Shown: positions 1-11,583 of the stretch, in pieces | Layout of the letters: each line of letters opens with the position of its first letter | Position numbering within the stretch: the first letter of the stretch is position 1 | Assembly: GCA_025594325.1 (NCBI GenBank) | Contig: JANHCV010000005.1 | Span: 1,550,001-1,614,000, forward strand | Source of the DNA: Blastocladiella emersonii ATCC 22665 | Lineage: Eukaryota > Fungi > Blastocladiomycota | Length of the DNA stretch: 64,000 bases | Reading direction: 5' to 3' | The notes under the pieces: generated by a model | Databases searched by the model: none | What the model saw: the letters and a program-made list of their open reading frames with translations, nothing else | Told to the model about the DNA's origin: nothing | Position numbers and translations under genes: made by a program

Positions 1-166
1 GCAGCGAAAGTTTGTCTCCGGCTCCACGTGAGGTGAGCGAGACAGCAAACGGCTGACTCCCTCGCGCGCGGCGCGACGCGACGCGACGCGACGAAGAAAG
101 GGGAAGGAGAGAGGGCGACGGTCTAGTTATTTGATTGAGCGGACGAGGACAGGTGCAGGATAGGGA

Positions 167-2115
167 TCATGGGTGGTGGTGGAAGCCGTTGGTTGATGCT
201 GTTGGCGCGCCGGCTGGTCCGTGGACCGCATCAAGCAGATCTACACGGCGACTTCGGTCAGCACACGCCCACCGCGCTCGCTCAATCCCAGTCCCACCGA
301 ACCGAACGTACCGCGTGACTGGTAGAAGAGAATGTACGCGGACGACGACGCGGACGGCGGCCCCGCGGCCTCGGGGTCTCCGAAATACTTGGCGATGTGG
401 GCCTCGGTGACGAGCTCGACCGTGTCGTCGTCGAACAGGAGCCACTTGTCGGCGGACCGGATCAGCGCCACGTAGTGGCCGTGGTTCGGGGTCCCGCCAA
501 TGTGCACGACGATCGCGAACAGGTCGTACTGGCGGTCGGTGCCCTCCACGTCCTACAGCCCGAAGTGAGCGAGGGCGAGGGCGGGGAAGGTTCTCCCAAA
601 AAAAAAAAGCGTACCGAGTTGAAGAGGCGCAGCTCGGTCGGGAACACGACGCGGTGCATGAGCTTGACGTGCTTCTGCTGCTGCTCCATGAACTTGAACC
701 GCTTGAGGTGCAGCGCCATGACGAGCGGGAGCTTCTTGATCTTCATCCTACGGCCATGCTTCGCGTTAGTGTCATTCTCCAATCGAGCCAAGCGCACACG
801 TACGATCGCTCGGCCTCCTGCAGCCCCGAGCACGTGTCGCAGTAGAACTTGTCCTTGTGGCACATCATCTCGCTCTGCGAAAAGTTCCACAGGCACGACG
901 CGATCGACGAGTTGGCCTCGACGTCAATCGACAGGTCGAGGAAGCACTCGCGCGTCTGCGTGGTCGCCTCGCACGTCAGGCACCGCGTCTCGGTCGCGAG
1001 CTCGCCCTCGAACAGCTCGTGGATCCACGTTTTCTGGGTTGCGCCGGTGGCAGCGCTGCTGGTGGACCCCGTGTGATGGCTGCTGGCGTCGCTCGTGGTG
1101 CCGTTGGCGGCGGGCGCGGTCGCCTTTTTCTCGGCGACGAGGATCTCGGCGAGCGCGTTGAGCAGGTAGTTGAGGAACTCGTGCGCGTCCTGCTGCTGCG
1201 TGGACCGGAAGACGACTACACACAAACACGCGCGCGCGCATCTCGTGTCAGCAGGACCCACGGTGAAAGAGAAGACCCGCAACCGTACTGTTCTCCTTCT
1301 TGACCTTGTTCACAAACCCCTTGGGCCCAATCACGCCCGTCCGCTTCTTCTGGGCTGCGACGCCGCGGAACAGCTCCTTGAGGTGGCCGAGCAGCGTGTC
1401 GTCGAGCGCCGTGGTGATGTTGACGGTGCCCGAGCTGAGCATGCTGCGCGGCAGGCTCGGCGTGGACTTTTCTTTCGTCTGCGCCGCCGCGGGGGTGGCG
1501 GTGCTCGAGCCGAGTTTCGCGCTCGCGGTGCGCTTGCGCAGGAGGTTCGGGCTGCTCAGCGGCGACCCGTTGCGCGACGGCGGGCCGCTCGTTGCCGCGT
1601 CTTCCTCCGCTAGGGCGGGGGTGGAGGCAGCAGCGGGCGCGTGCCGCACATGGTGGCTGTCGACGTCAGCAAACGCGGCGGCGGGCAGGTCGGCGAGCGT
1701 CTTGAGCGCCGGGTGGTGCAGCACCGCGTCCCGGAAGGGGCGGCAGAAGTAGAGCGCCTGGATGACCGAGTTGCAGTAGCTACGCGACACGATGGCGGCG
1801 GCGGGTCAGGGTACCTGCACTCTGCGCCATCATCAATCGCGGGTGCCGTACCATGTGTTTCCAAACTAGGCGATGCGACGTGGCGCGTCAGTCCATGCGA
1901 TCGCGGCCATCTAGCGACCACCGCGGAAGCGTACGTTCTCGAGGCCAAAGTACCGCTCGGTGCCCTCGATCTCGCCGGGCGACGTCGGCGGGCCCGCGGC
2001 TGCGGCGGCCTTGGACGACGACTACGGGTCGCGCGCGCGGATCATCATCAGTCCGCGAGTCCATCCATCGGGCGGGCAAGCGCGGACAACGGACGTTGCC
2101 GAGCCACTTGAACAT
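167..2115 (-). CDS. Ubiquitin C-terminal hydrolase, USP12/USP46 (CreB)-like, multi-exon
   Basis: Spliced exons give [32 protein letters not shown] (Cys box), [22 protein letters not shown] and [23 protein letters not shown] (His box); GT-AG introns join the track ORFs 1248..1790, 743..1282, 462..896, 241..549 and the end of 167..445. Confidence 0.92.
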
Positions 2116-2417
2116 TGCGGGCCACTGCTGCAGGTTGGTTGTTGATGCGTTGAGTTGGAGAAATCGCACTCCCTCACAGAGGGTTTGGGGGAGGCGCAGG
2201 AAGGAGAGAAGCAGAGCGGAGAAGAGAAGCAAAACGGAGCGCCACGCCACGCGCCGATCCACGCGGGCCCATGCGTCACCTGACGCGCCGCGCCGCCGTC
2301 TCGCCCCGTTCCCGCTCCGCGCCGGTCGGCCGTCTCACACCGGGGTGCTCCCAACCCCCCCCCCCTCACATACACCTCACACCTCGCAATCTTTGCAACC
2401 TGCTGCAACCGCCAACC

Positions 2418-2998
2418 ATGGATCACTCGAAACCAATGCACGCGCGGCCGGCGCACGCGCGCGTCCCGACCGACGAGAACCGAGCGCCGACGACGCCAGG
2501 CCGGCTGTTCGGCGCTGCCAAAACGCTTGGGGTCAAGAGCGACCCGGTTACGGCGTCGTCTTCCTCGACTTCGTCGCCGTACCGCCCGACGCCGCAGAAG
2601 GCGGTCCTGGTCGCCCCCACCAGCAAGGTCCGCTGCTGCTCTGCACTCACCAGCGTCAGTGGTGAATTCGACTCACCCTCCCCTCAACCACGTAGCCACC
2701 AGCGGACACCCAGCTCGCCGACTTGCTCTCGCGGATCACGCTGCTCGAGACGCAGCTCGCCGCGTCATCCGAAGCCGAGTCGCTCCTCCGCGCGCAACTC
2801 GCCGACGCGATCGACGACCAGGAGACGCTGGCGCTGGCGCTGGCGCAGGAGCGCGCGGACCTGGCCGACTGGCAGGCGCTGGCGCGCGACGCGGTCGCTG
2901 AGAACGATGCGTTGCGCGCCAAGCTCGTCGAGATGGGCGTGGATCCGGACACCGTCGTGGTCCACGAGGCCGAGCCAGGAGAAGATGCTACCGAGTGA
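2418..2998 (+). CDS. Small hypothetical protein with C-terminal coiled coil (2 exons)
   Basis: MDHSKPMH...APTSK spliced (gtccgc..acgtag) to PPADTQLADLLSRITLLETQL...LRAKLVEMGVDP; strong GC3 bias and heptad pattern. Confidence 0.7.
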
Positions 2999-3078
2999 AA
3001 TAAACCATGATTTGACTGCGAAATAAAGGTTAAAGGTCTAGTATTAATGGTAGGTAATCAATCAACGACGACAATCAA

Positions 3079-3711
3079 TCAGAGCCGCAGCAACCGCGCG
3101 AGCGCATCCCCACCGGCCCGGGCCAGCACCGCGTGCGCGTCGCACACGGCCTCGACGTGCGCGAGCAGGCGCGCGGGCGGGCACCAGAGCCGGTGGCTGA
3201 GCGTCTTGATGAACACGCGCTCCATGGTCAGGATATCGCGCGCCGAGTACACGCCGCAGATGGCCGCGAGCGTCGCAGCGGATGCCGCCGACAGCGACCC
3301 ACTCGAGCTCGCCGAGTCCGTCGACGCGACCGACGACCCGGACGGCAGGACGGGCGGATCGTCGCTCATCTTGGTCGCGAGCAGGAGCGCGGCGAGAAAC
3401 ACGCGGTGCGGGGTGTCGCGGCGGCACTGCGCGCGCGACCCCTGCAGCGCCGCCAGGAACTGCGCCAGGTACACGTCCGCGACGGCGAGCGTCGGCAGCG
3501 TGGTGCCCGTGATGCGCACGAGCCGCCGGATGAACACGCGCAGGTCTGCGGGCGCCGCAGGGGAGGTGTCGCCCAAATCGGCGGCGAGCGAGGACGCCGG
3601 GAACGCCTTGTGCAGCTGGTCGGCCAGGTGGTCGGTCCAGCACGCGGGCACCGCGCCGTGCAGCGCCGCGAGGTCCGACGCGACGGTCGAGGTGGTGGTG
3701 GTGGAGATCAT
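3079..3711 (-). CDS. Pho80/Pcl-family cyclin
   Basis: Cyclin-box-like FIRRLVRITGTTLPTLAVADVYL..PHRVFLAALLLATKMSDD..DILTMERVFIKTLSHRL; first in-frame ATG at 3711. Confidence 0.8.
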   Translation of the reverse strand: MISTTTTSTVASDLAALHGAVPACWTDHLADQLHKAFPASSLAADLGDTSPAAPADLRVFIRRLVRITGTTLPTLAVADVYLAQFLAALQGSRAQCRRDTPHRVFLAALLLATKMSDDPPVLPSGSSVASTDSASSSGSLSAASAATLAAICGVYSARDILTMERVFIKTLSHRLWCPPARLLAHVEAVCDAHAVLARAGGDALARLLRL

Positions 3712-6141
3712 GATGCTTGGTGGTGGAGATGGTTTAGAGCTTGATGGTGGAGGTATTGGTGCTGTTGGGTACTCGATTCGCGGCGACTGCGACGCGTACG
3801 ACGACAGGTACGACGGCCAGGGGCGAGGGTTTCGAGGCGGGGGCGGCGGCAGCGGGCGTGGCGGCGGCAGCAGCAAGGTGCGAGGTTACGGGCGCCATTC
3901 ACTTGCGGGTGAGGGAAGCGAGGTACGGGGGCAGGAGGAGCCAAGGGCGGGGGACGGATGGAGCGGGATGGGCGGGCGCGGACACGAAATGCGTGTGTGG
4001 TGCTTGGGTGGCGGCAGACGCAGCGGTCGGTCGCGTCGATCAGTCGGTGGCGGTGGTGGGGGCGGGGAGCGCCAAGGACCGCAGCGAGTTGTTGGAGTTG
4101 TTGATGAAGAGTGGATTCACACACACACACGCTCGAGCACAGCCAGACGGGACGAGGCGAGAGTGGGGTGGGGACGGACGGACGATGCAGACTAGGTCGA
4201 GGAGGCGACGGAGTGTGCAGCGTGCGCGCGCAAGGTTCGGGTTCGGGGGGATCAAGGGCAGGGAGCAACGAGGCAGGAGTGCGGGGTCGCGACGAGGTCG
4301 ACAAGGTTCACGGCAACAGGGCGAGCAGTGTGGTTGTTCAGGGCGAGGGATTTACTGACGGGCGGCCATCTCGGGCAGACGCGGGCAGCAGATTCGAGGC
4401 AAAGAGGAGAGCGTGGTGGTGGGGTAGTGGATGAGGTGCAAGGCCGCGGGCGGACTGGACGGCGCAGAGACGAAGTGTGAGTGGTCGGCCGAGATGAAGT
4501 GAGGTCGAATTCGGCGGTCCGAGGTGCTGCAGCGGACGACGAGGGCGGCAGGAGTGCGTTGCCGCAAGTGAGGACGGGGGGAGGGGGGCGAGCCCCGCTT
4601 TAGAGGCGGGTCGATGACGACGAAAGCGACGACAAGCGACGCGCCGGCCGAGAATCACGAGCAGCAGGACAACAGCCAGCCCGGGGCTTGCCGCCGAGCC
4701 GACCGAACACTGCGATTCATCATCCGCCGCCACCACCGCCGCCGCGGCCGCAGCGGGGCGCCGCGTCGGCGTGGGGGTGGGCGCTGCGCGTGCGCGCCGC
4801 GGGCTCGGTCGGCCGCTCGCGCGCGCGCGCGGACATTTCACGCGGGGCGCGCGAGTGCGCAGCAGCGTGGGAGCGCGGGCGCCGCGAACCACGAGCGAGC
4901 GAGTGAGCACTCACGCGGGCGTGCGCCGGCGCCCCGGCGAGCTGGGATGGGAACCCGTGCCGCTTGGCGTGGCCATCGTCGCCGTCGTCATCCACGTCAC
5001 ACACAGCTGGCCACCGTGGGCCACCGCGCTGCACGGCCCCGGGAAGGCCGAATTCCCCACTCGGGCGCTTCGTCATCGTCGGCTGCGTCACCGCCAATCG
5101 TCCCCGCGGCGCGGCGGGCGAGCGCGGACGTTGCACGGCACCCGACACCGCACTCGTCGTCGTCCCTGAGCAGCACCAACCTCGGGCGCGGAAGGAGGGA
5201 GGGTAGAGCGTGCGTACCAGGCAAGCAAGTGCGGGCGGTCGGCGGACGTCGAGGAGCGCAGAGCAGCGGCAACAGCAGCAGGGCGGGGAGAGGAGGGTCG
5301 TCTAGCGAGGTCTATGGGACGGGACGAGGCCGGCGGTGGTCGGGGCGTCGGGTCGGGTCGGTCGGTCGGTCGAAGAGCAGCGATCACGCTGGCGTCGGCG
5401 ATAAGGGAGAGCCGCGGAGGGAACGGGGACGGGGACAGGCCAGAACGGACGGGAGACGGCGAGGTGGGAGACGCCGGCCTTAAGAGAGCGCTGGCTGCTC
5501 CTCCTCGTCCGCGGTGACGGCGACGGCCGGGTGCGGGTGATGTTGATGTGCTGCTCCGCGTGCGGGTCGGGGCGCCACCGGCCCGTTCGAAGCGGCCGTG
5601 ACTTGGCCCGCGTTTCACGAGGGCGGCCGATGAAACCAAGGGGGCGCAGCGCGCTCCTTTTCTCCAAATCCAGCGCGCGCTCGTCGCAGGGTCAGGCCGA
5701 CCCATGACCAGCGGACCGTGGTCGCCGTCGAGTTTGCACGCGAGCAATTCGTGGCCGTGATGCGCCACCTGACCTGCCCCCGCGAGCCACGGTGCGCGTG
5801 CGGACGTTTCGCCCCCAAAGCGCTCACGTGGATTCGCGGCACGTCAACGCACGCCACGCGTTCCCCGCACTTTTCTTACGAGGTAAGCCTTGCCGAGAGC
5901 GGACGTCATGGTTCCGCGGCGACGGCGCGTCGCAGAACCATGGGGTCGGTCGGCCTCGTGGCGCGCGCGCGCGGGCGGTCACATGTTTTCGCGGCGCGTC
6001 TCGCACCGAGCTGGAGACACCCGACCCCGCGCCACGCTTTCCGCGCTCTCATCCCTTGCCGATGAGCTCGGCTCTTGAGACCAGCTCTCTCCATGCAAAT
6101 CGCCTCCAATGTAACCCCCTCGATGAGACTGCGCGCAAGAA

Positions 6142-7200
6142 ATGCTCGCGCCATGGCTGATCCCACTCGACACAATCGTCGAGGGCAACTCGGCCGTCCT
6201 CAACGGCAACACGCCCATGTTCCTGGCCATCCACTGCGCCGCCATCGCGGTTAACCTCGCCTCGGTCGCGTCATCGTTCCTCGTCGCCCTGCACGTCCTC
6301 GGCTTCGCGCGGATCCCGCAGTGGATCCTGCCGACGGCGGGCGTCAGCGTCGTCCCGCGGCACGGCCTGATGCACCACGATATCTCGACGCGTTTGTCCT
6401 TCTACCTCGCCGTGGCCAGCATGGTCTTCTCCGGGTGGCACACGCTCGACCACCTCTACCTCGTCGCCTACCAGCGGATCCCGCCGCGCTCCATCTCGGT
6501 CCCGCTCGGCATCGTCCAGGGCGTGTCGTTCGGGTACCAACAGCTGCTCAGCTTCTGCGCGTCCGCGTACACGTACGTGCTCGTGTGCCGCGGCAAGCGG
6601 ATCCCGCTCGGCCGCTACGACTGGAAGCTACACTTCTACTGCCTCCTGAACATCGCCGTCTGCCTCGCCATCACCGTCTCGCTCGACGGGTACGGGTTCT
6701 CGGGGTACTACTGCCTGTGGAACATCCACTCGCCCGGCGGCGCCGTGTCGCTGTGCTTCGGCGTCGCGCTTTCGCTCGTCAACGCGCTGTCAACGATCAT
6801 CGGCCTCGCGCACGTCCGCCGCGCGGTCCGCGCCGCCGCGGCGACCATCCAGAAACCGCGCCAGTTCGAGTCGGCCCGGCTCCAGGTCGCGTCGCGGTGT
6901 TTGGTGGGAATGATCAACGTCGCCGCGTTTCTGCACATGCCGCGCGCTGCGACCCTCGTCCTCGTCGCCGGGTTCCACCTGGCCGGGTACCTCGAGCCCG
7001 TCTCGATCCTCTTCGTCTCGCTCTCGGCCAACTCGGCCGGGCTCGCCGACGCCCTCGTCTACCTCCACAACCAGAGAATCAAGGCCCAGGCCGCGGTGTA
7101 CGGCGCGGGCCGGTCCACGGGTGTGCTCGGAAACACCACGGCGCAGCTCCCGCTCAACGAGGGGCAGTCGACGACCGATTCAAATTTTTGGAATGATTAG
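6142..7200 (+). CDS. 7TM GPCR-like receptor (Git3/cAMP-receptor-like), array copy 1
   Basis: About seven hydrophobic segments; DIS(T)RLSFYLA, GRYDWKLHFYC, GYYCLWN, NSAGLADALVYLHN motifs; intronless. Confidence 0.75.
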   Translation: MLAPWLIPLDTIVEGNSAVLNGNTPMFLAIHCAAIAVNLASVASSFLVALHVLGFARIPQWILPTAGVSVVPRHGLMHHDISTRLSFYLAVASMVFSGWHTLDHLYLVAYQRIPPRSISVPLGIVQGVSFGYQQLLSFCASAYTYVLVCRGKRIPLGRYDWKLHFYCLLNIAVCLAITVSLDGYGFSGYYCLWNIHSPGGAVSLCFGVALSLVNALSTIIGLAHVRRAVRAAAATIQKPRQFESARLQVASRCLVGMINVAAFLHMPRAATLVLVAGFHLAGYLEPVSILFVSLSANSAGLADALVYLHNQRIKAQAAVYGAGRSTGVLGNTTAQLPLNEGQSTTDSNFWND

Positions 7201-7474
7201 AGACCGGTTCTTATCGCGTATTTCTGTCTCGCCTTGAAACTCCCGCGGCTGCATTTGAACTCGCGAGCTGAGCCACGGTTTGACACTCCACCTCGAGTTG
7301 CGAGACAGATCACATGTTTTCGCCTCGCGTCTCACGTCTCGCGCGAGACACACGCCATCGTGTGCCCCGGCTTTCGGCCGTCCAACCGGGCACCTTGATC
7401 GCCGCGCACGGGGGCACTCGGTTCCGATTCTCTTCGCACACCAATGAAATTGATACTCTGCGTACACGTCCGAG

Positions 7475-8554
7475 ATGGAATCGCCATGGCTGATCGAGGT
7501 CAACAAGCTGAACGTCGGCGACTCGGCCGTCCTCGGCGGCAACCTGCCGATGTTCCTGCTGATCCACTGGGTCGTCATCGCCATCAACGCCGCGTCGGTC
7601 CTTGTCGCCTTGTTCGTCGCCCTCCACGTTCTCGGGTTCACCTTGTTCCCCGATGGATCCTCCCGTCGCCGCGCGTCAACGTCGTTGCGCGGCACGGCAT
7701 CATGCAGCACGACATCTCGACGCAACTCTCGTTCTATCTCGTCATGCATGCATGATGCACATGATGCGTGATGACCAGCCTGATCTTCTCGGGATGGCAC
7801 ATCCTCGACCACCTGCTTCTCGTCACGTACGCGCGATTTCCCCGACGGACCATGACGTTCCCAATCGCCCTGGTCCAGGCCATCGAGTTCGGGTACCAAC
7901 AGTTGATGAGTTTCTGCACGTCAGCATACACCTACGTTCTCGTATGCCGCAGGAAACGGATCCCGCTTGGCCGCTACGACTGGAAACTACACGCGTTCTG
8001 CATCGCGTACCTCGTCGTGTGCGTGTCCATCACACTCGCCATGGACGGCTTCGGGGTTTCGGGCTACTCGTGCCTGTGGAATATCAAGACGCTCGGCGGC
8101 ACCGTCTCGCTCTTCTTCGGCGTCGCGCTCTCGATCACGAACGCGATGATCACGATCGTCGGCCTCGCGTACGTCCGGCGCGCGGTCCGCGCCGCGGCCG
8201 CGGGCGTCAAGCGGCCGGGCCAGTTCGAGTCGACGTGGCTGCAGGTCGCGTCGCGGTGTCTCGTGGCCATGATCAAGGTCGCCGCGTTCCTACACCTGCC
8301 GCGCGACGACGCTCATCATCGTCGCGGGGTTCCTGCTGGCGGGCTACGTTGAGCCGGTCTCCATTCTCCTTGTCGCGCTCACGACCAACTCGGCGGGCTT
8401 GATCGACGCTCTCGTGTACCTCCACAACCATCGGCTCAAGGCACAGGTCTCAGGGCATAATTGGTCTGGAGATACGTTGGGTGTTGGTCGATTGACTGGG
8501 ATGCCGCTTCAAGACGAGCAGTCGGCCGGCGACTCGAGCTTTTGGAACGATTGA
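7475..8554 (+). pseudogene. 7TM receptor copy 2, disrupted
   Basis: Colinear with copy 1, but has a -1 frameshift in the C-run at ~7648-7651, an ATGC-rich insertion with two in-frame TGA at ~7744-7770, and a -2 frameshift at ~8300; ends DSSFWND*. Confidence 0.8.
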
Positions 8555-8786
8555 TGTGCCATAAAACCGTGCTATTCGTTTGTTCCCTGCGGGTGCGATC
8601 GATGCCGCCCAACCGCTGTTCTTGTCTCGCACCTCGTGTCTCGCGTCCGCGCGAACGCGTCCCTTTTTTGACGCGTCCACAGGCAGGGCCAACCATGGTT
8701 TGATCACAATGCTACACTTTGAACGGGCGAACCTTGAATGAATACCACTTGATGCATCGCGTAACTCTAGCGTGGCCGGACGCACC

Positions 8787-9836
8787 ATGAACTCACCATG
8801 GCTCATTGACATCAGCCAGCTCGCCGTGGGCAGCTCGGCGGTGCTGAACGACAACCAAATCATGTTCTTCCTGATGCACTTCTCAGCAGTCGCGCTCAAC
8901 TTCTCATCGGCCGCCTCATCGCTGCTCGTCGCGCTGCACGTATTTGGCTTCAGGGCAATACTGAGCTCGATCTTGCCCTCTACTCGCAGCGGGCCAACCG
9001 GCAGCTTCATGGACCACGATATCTCGACGCGTATCTCGTTCTATCTTGCGCTCGCAAACCTCTCTTTCGGCGCCTGGCATCTCGTCGACCATGTTCTGCT
9101 AGTTGCATCGCCCCAAATCCCGCCAGCTTCGCTCGCATTCCCGCTCGCCTTGATCGAAGGGATCGCGTTCGCGTACCAACAGCTGATCAGCTTCTGCGCT
9201 TCGGTTTACACGTACCTCCTCGTGTGCCGCGGCAAGCGGCTGCCGCTCGGCGACTACGACTGGTACCTGCACACGTTTTGCCTCGCGAACATGGCCGCGT
9301 GCGCGTCGATCGTGCTGCCGCTCGACGGCTACGGGTTTTCGGGCTACTTTTGCTTATGGAACGTCAAGTCGCTGGGCGGCGTCATCGTGCTCCTCCTCGG
9401 CGTTGCGCTCACGCTCGCCAACGCGTTTTCAACGATCGTCGGCCTCGCACACGTCCGCCGCGCGATCGCGTCGGCCGCATCCACGATCCGAAAGCCGGGC
9501 CATTTCGAAGCCGCGCGGCTCAAGGTCGCGTCGCGCTGCCTGGTCGGCATGATCCGCATCGCCTCGCTGCTCCACCTACCACGCGCGATCTGCCTCGTCA
9601 TCATCGCTGGGTTTCACCTCGCTGGTTACATTGAGCCCGTCTCCATGCTGGCATCTGCCGTGTTGGCCAACTCGGCGGGGCTCGTCGACTCGTACGTCTA
9701 CATTCAGAATCAAAAGCTCAAGGCGCAGGCTGCTGGATCGGCGGGCAAGTCGGGTAGTACGCCGGGCCGGTCGTCGGCGCAGCCCCAGTCGAACGAGCAG
9801 GAGTCGGTGGACGACTCGCATTTTTGGCAGGAATAA
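8787..9836 (+). CDS. 7TM receptor copy 3
   Basis: Intact ORF paralogous to copy 1 (DHDISTRISFYLA, GDYDWYLH, GYFCLWN, NSAGLVDSYVY). Confidence 0.78.
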   Translation: MNSPWLIDISQLAVGSSAVLNDNQIMFFLMHFSAVALNFSSAASSLLVALHVFGFRAILSSILPSTRSGPTGSFMDHDISTRISFYLALANLSFGAWHLVDHVLLVASPQIPPASLAFPLALIEGIAFAYQQLISFCASVYTYLLVCRGKRLPLGDYDWYLHTFCLANMAACASIVLPLDGYGFSGYFCLWNVKSLGGVIVLLLGVALTLANAFSTIVGLAHVRRAIASAASTIRKPGHFEAARLKVASRCLVGMIRIASLLHLPRAICLVIIAGFHLAGYIEPVSMLASAVLANSAGLVDSYVYIQNQKLKAQAAGSAGKSGSTPGRSSAQPQSNEQESVDDSHFWQE

Positions 9837-10230
9837 GATGAGCGTGTTTGATTGGTTGGTGATGAGCATTTGTCGTCCTGGAGACAATTTTTATCGGTCT
9901 GCGAAGTCCAGAGCATCAATCCTTTCATCACACGCCGCGTCTCGCACGACGCGTCTCGCAGCACGTGATTTATGCGACGCGTTCGCGGTGACGATCGAAA
10001 CTCGATGCATTGAAGCAAGATCTTCCTGCAGCTCAATCGCGGACCAATGGTGAGACATGTCTCGCACACCGTGCCTCATGTTCGCAGGCACACGCGGGTT
10101 TCAAAGGTGTGAACAGGAAGGACCGGTTGCCACCCTCGGTTTGGCTCGCAAGCCGCGCAAATGAAGTTGGATCATTCGTTCCAAATATAAACTCGATGCA
10201 TCGGCAACCACCTGCAGACCCGGTCGCACC

Positions 10231-11265
10231 ATGTCAATGTCGTGGCTCATCAATTTCAGTCAGATCGCTGAGGGCAGCTCGGCCGTGCTGAACGGCAACC
10301 AGACCATGTTCTTGCTCATTCACTATTCGGCCATCACGCTCAACGTCTTGTCGGCCGTCTCGTCACTCCTGGTGGCGCTGCGCGTGTTCGGTTATAACGC
10401 CTTCTCAGCTTGGATCCTCCCGGCAGCGCCCAGTAGGACGGATGGCGGCTTCATGGACCATGATGTCCCGACGCGGATCTCGTGTTACCTGTCCCTCGCG
10501 AACTTTGTCTATGGCTCGTGGCACCTTGTCGACCACGTCATGTTAGTTGTTTCGCCCCGCATCCCGCCAGCCTCGGTGACCTTTCCGCTCGCTGTGGTCA
10601 TGACGATTTCATTCGGGTACCAGCAGCTGGTGAGCCTCAGCGCATCCTTGTACTCCTACCTTCTCATATGCCGTGGTAAGCGGTTGTTGCTCGGTGCTTA
10701 CGACTGGTACCTTCACGCGTTCTGTTTCTCACTCATTGGAGCGGGCGCGCTGATTGTCTTCTTCCTCGACGGTTTCGGGTTCACGGGATACTTTTGCATG
10801 TGGAATGTCAACACGCTCGGTGGTGTCCTGCTTCTCGTAATCGGCGCCTCGCTCTCGCTCGCCAACGCGCTTTCGACTATCATTAGCCTTGACCGCATCC
10901 GCCGCACCATCACCGCCGCCGCTTCGATCATCCAAAAACCCGGGCAGTTTGAGGCGGTTCGCCTCCAACTCGCGGCACGCTGCCTCGTCAGCATGATTCG
11001 CGTTAATTCCCTCCTTCAACTGCCGCGCACGATTGCTGCGTTTATCCTTCTCGGGTTTCACTTGTGCGGGTACGTCGAGCCAGTCACGATGCTCGCAACA
11101 ACTTGGTTCGCCAACTCGGCCGGCCTTGTCGACGCGTACGTCTACGTCAAGAACCAAAAGCTCAAGTCGCAGGATGCGGGGAACACCGTTGGCCGCCCGT
11201 TGGCTCAGATTAAACGGAGCGAAGAGCAGACGATTGATGGCGATACGTCTTACTGGAAGGAATGA
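10231..11265 (+). CDS. 7TM receptor copy 4
   Basis: Intact 344-aa ORF with the same motifs. Confidence 0.78.
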   Translation: MSMSWLINFSQIAEGSSAVLNGNQTMFLLIHYSAITLNVLSAVSSLLVALRVFGYNAFSAWILPAAPSRTDGGFMDHDVPTRISCYLSLANFVYGSWHLVDHVMLVVSPRIPPASVTFPLAVVMTISFGYQQLVSLSASLYSYLLICRGKRLLLGAYDWYLHAFCFSLIGAGALIVFFLDGFGFTGYFCMWNVNTLGGVLLLVIGASLSLANALSTIISLDRIRRTITAAASIIQKPGQFEAVRLQLAARCLVSMIRVNSLLQLPRTIAAFILLGFHLCGYVEPVTMLATTWFANSAGLVDAYVYVKNQKLKSQDAGNTVGRPLAQIKRSEEQTIDGDTSYWKE

Positions 11266-11583
11266 AGGACGGGACTTAGTCGTTTGCGGTGTCCCTGAGG
11301 TATCCAATACATACATCGCAATTGTGTCGCTTCAACCTTGTGACTGGTACGAAGGGAGTAAATCATGCGGCGAACGTGGTGTGGTCTTCATCGCGACCGC
11401 GTCTCGCACCCGATGTCCCGCACCGGCTATATCACGTGATTTCGAAACGCGTGGCGCTGTCTCTGCCGCGCCGCCACTTGCCGCGCACGATCATGCGCAC
11501 ACACTAACGAAATCGAGATGTACCCATACTTTGGATGACGCCAACTCTATGCATCAAATAGCCCCTGCGGCGCTGGCCACGCC

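Noticed and set aside
66-95. (CGACG)n tandem repeat, also near 49870; other short repeats such as (CA)n at ~4118
   Set aside because: Simple microsatellites without spacers; no CRISPR-like repeat-spacer array was seen anywhere in the window.
4690-5165. Intronic box C/D snoRNAs in the cyclin leader
   Set aside because: Only one exact box C (ATGATGA), no matching CTGA box D or terminal stem, and no rRNA complement I could verify.
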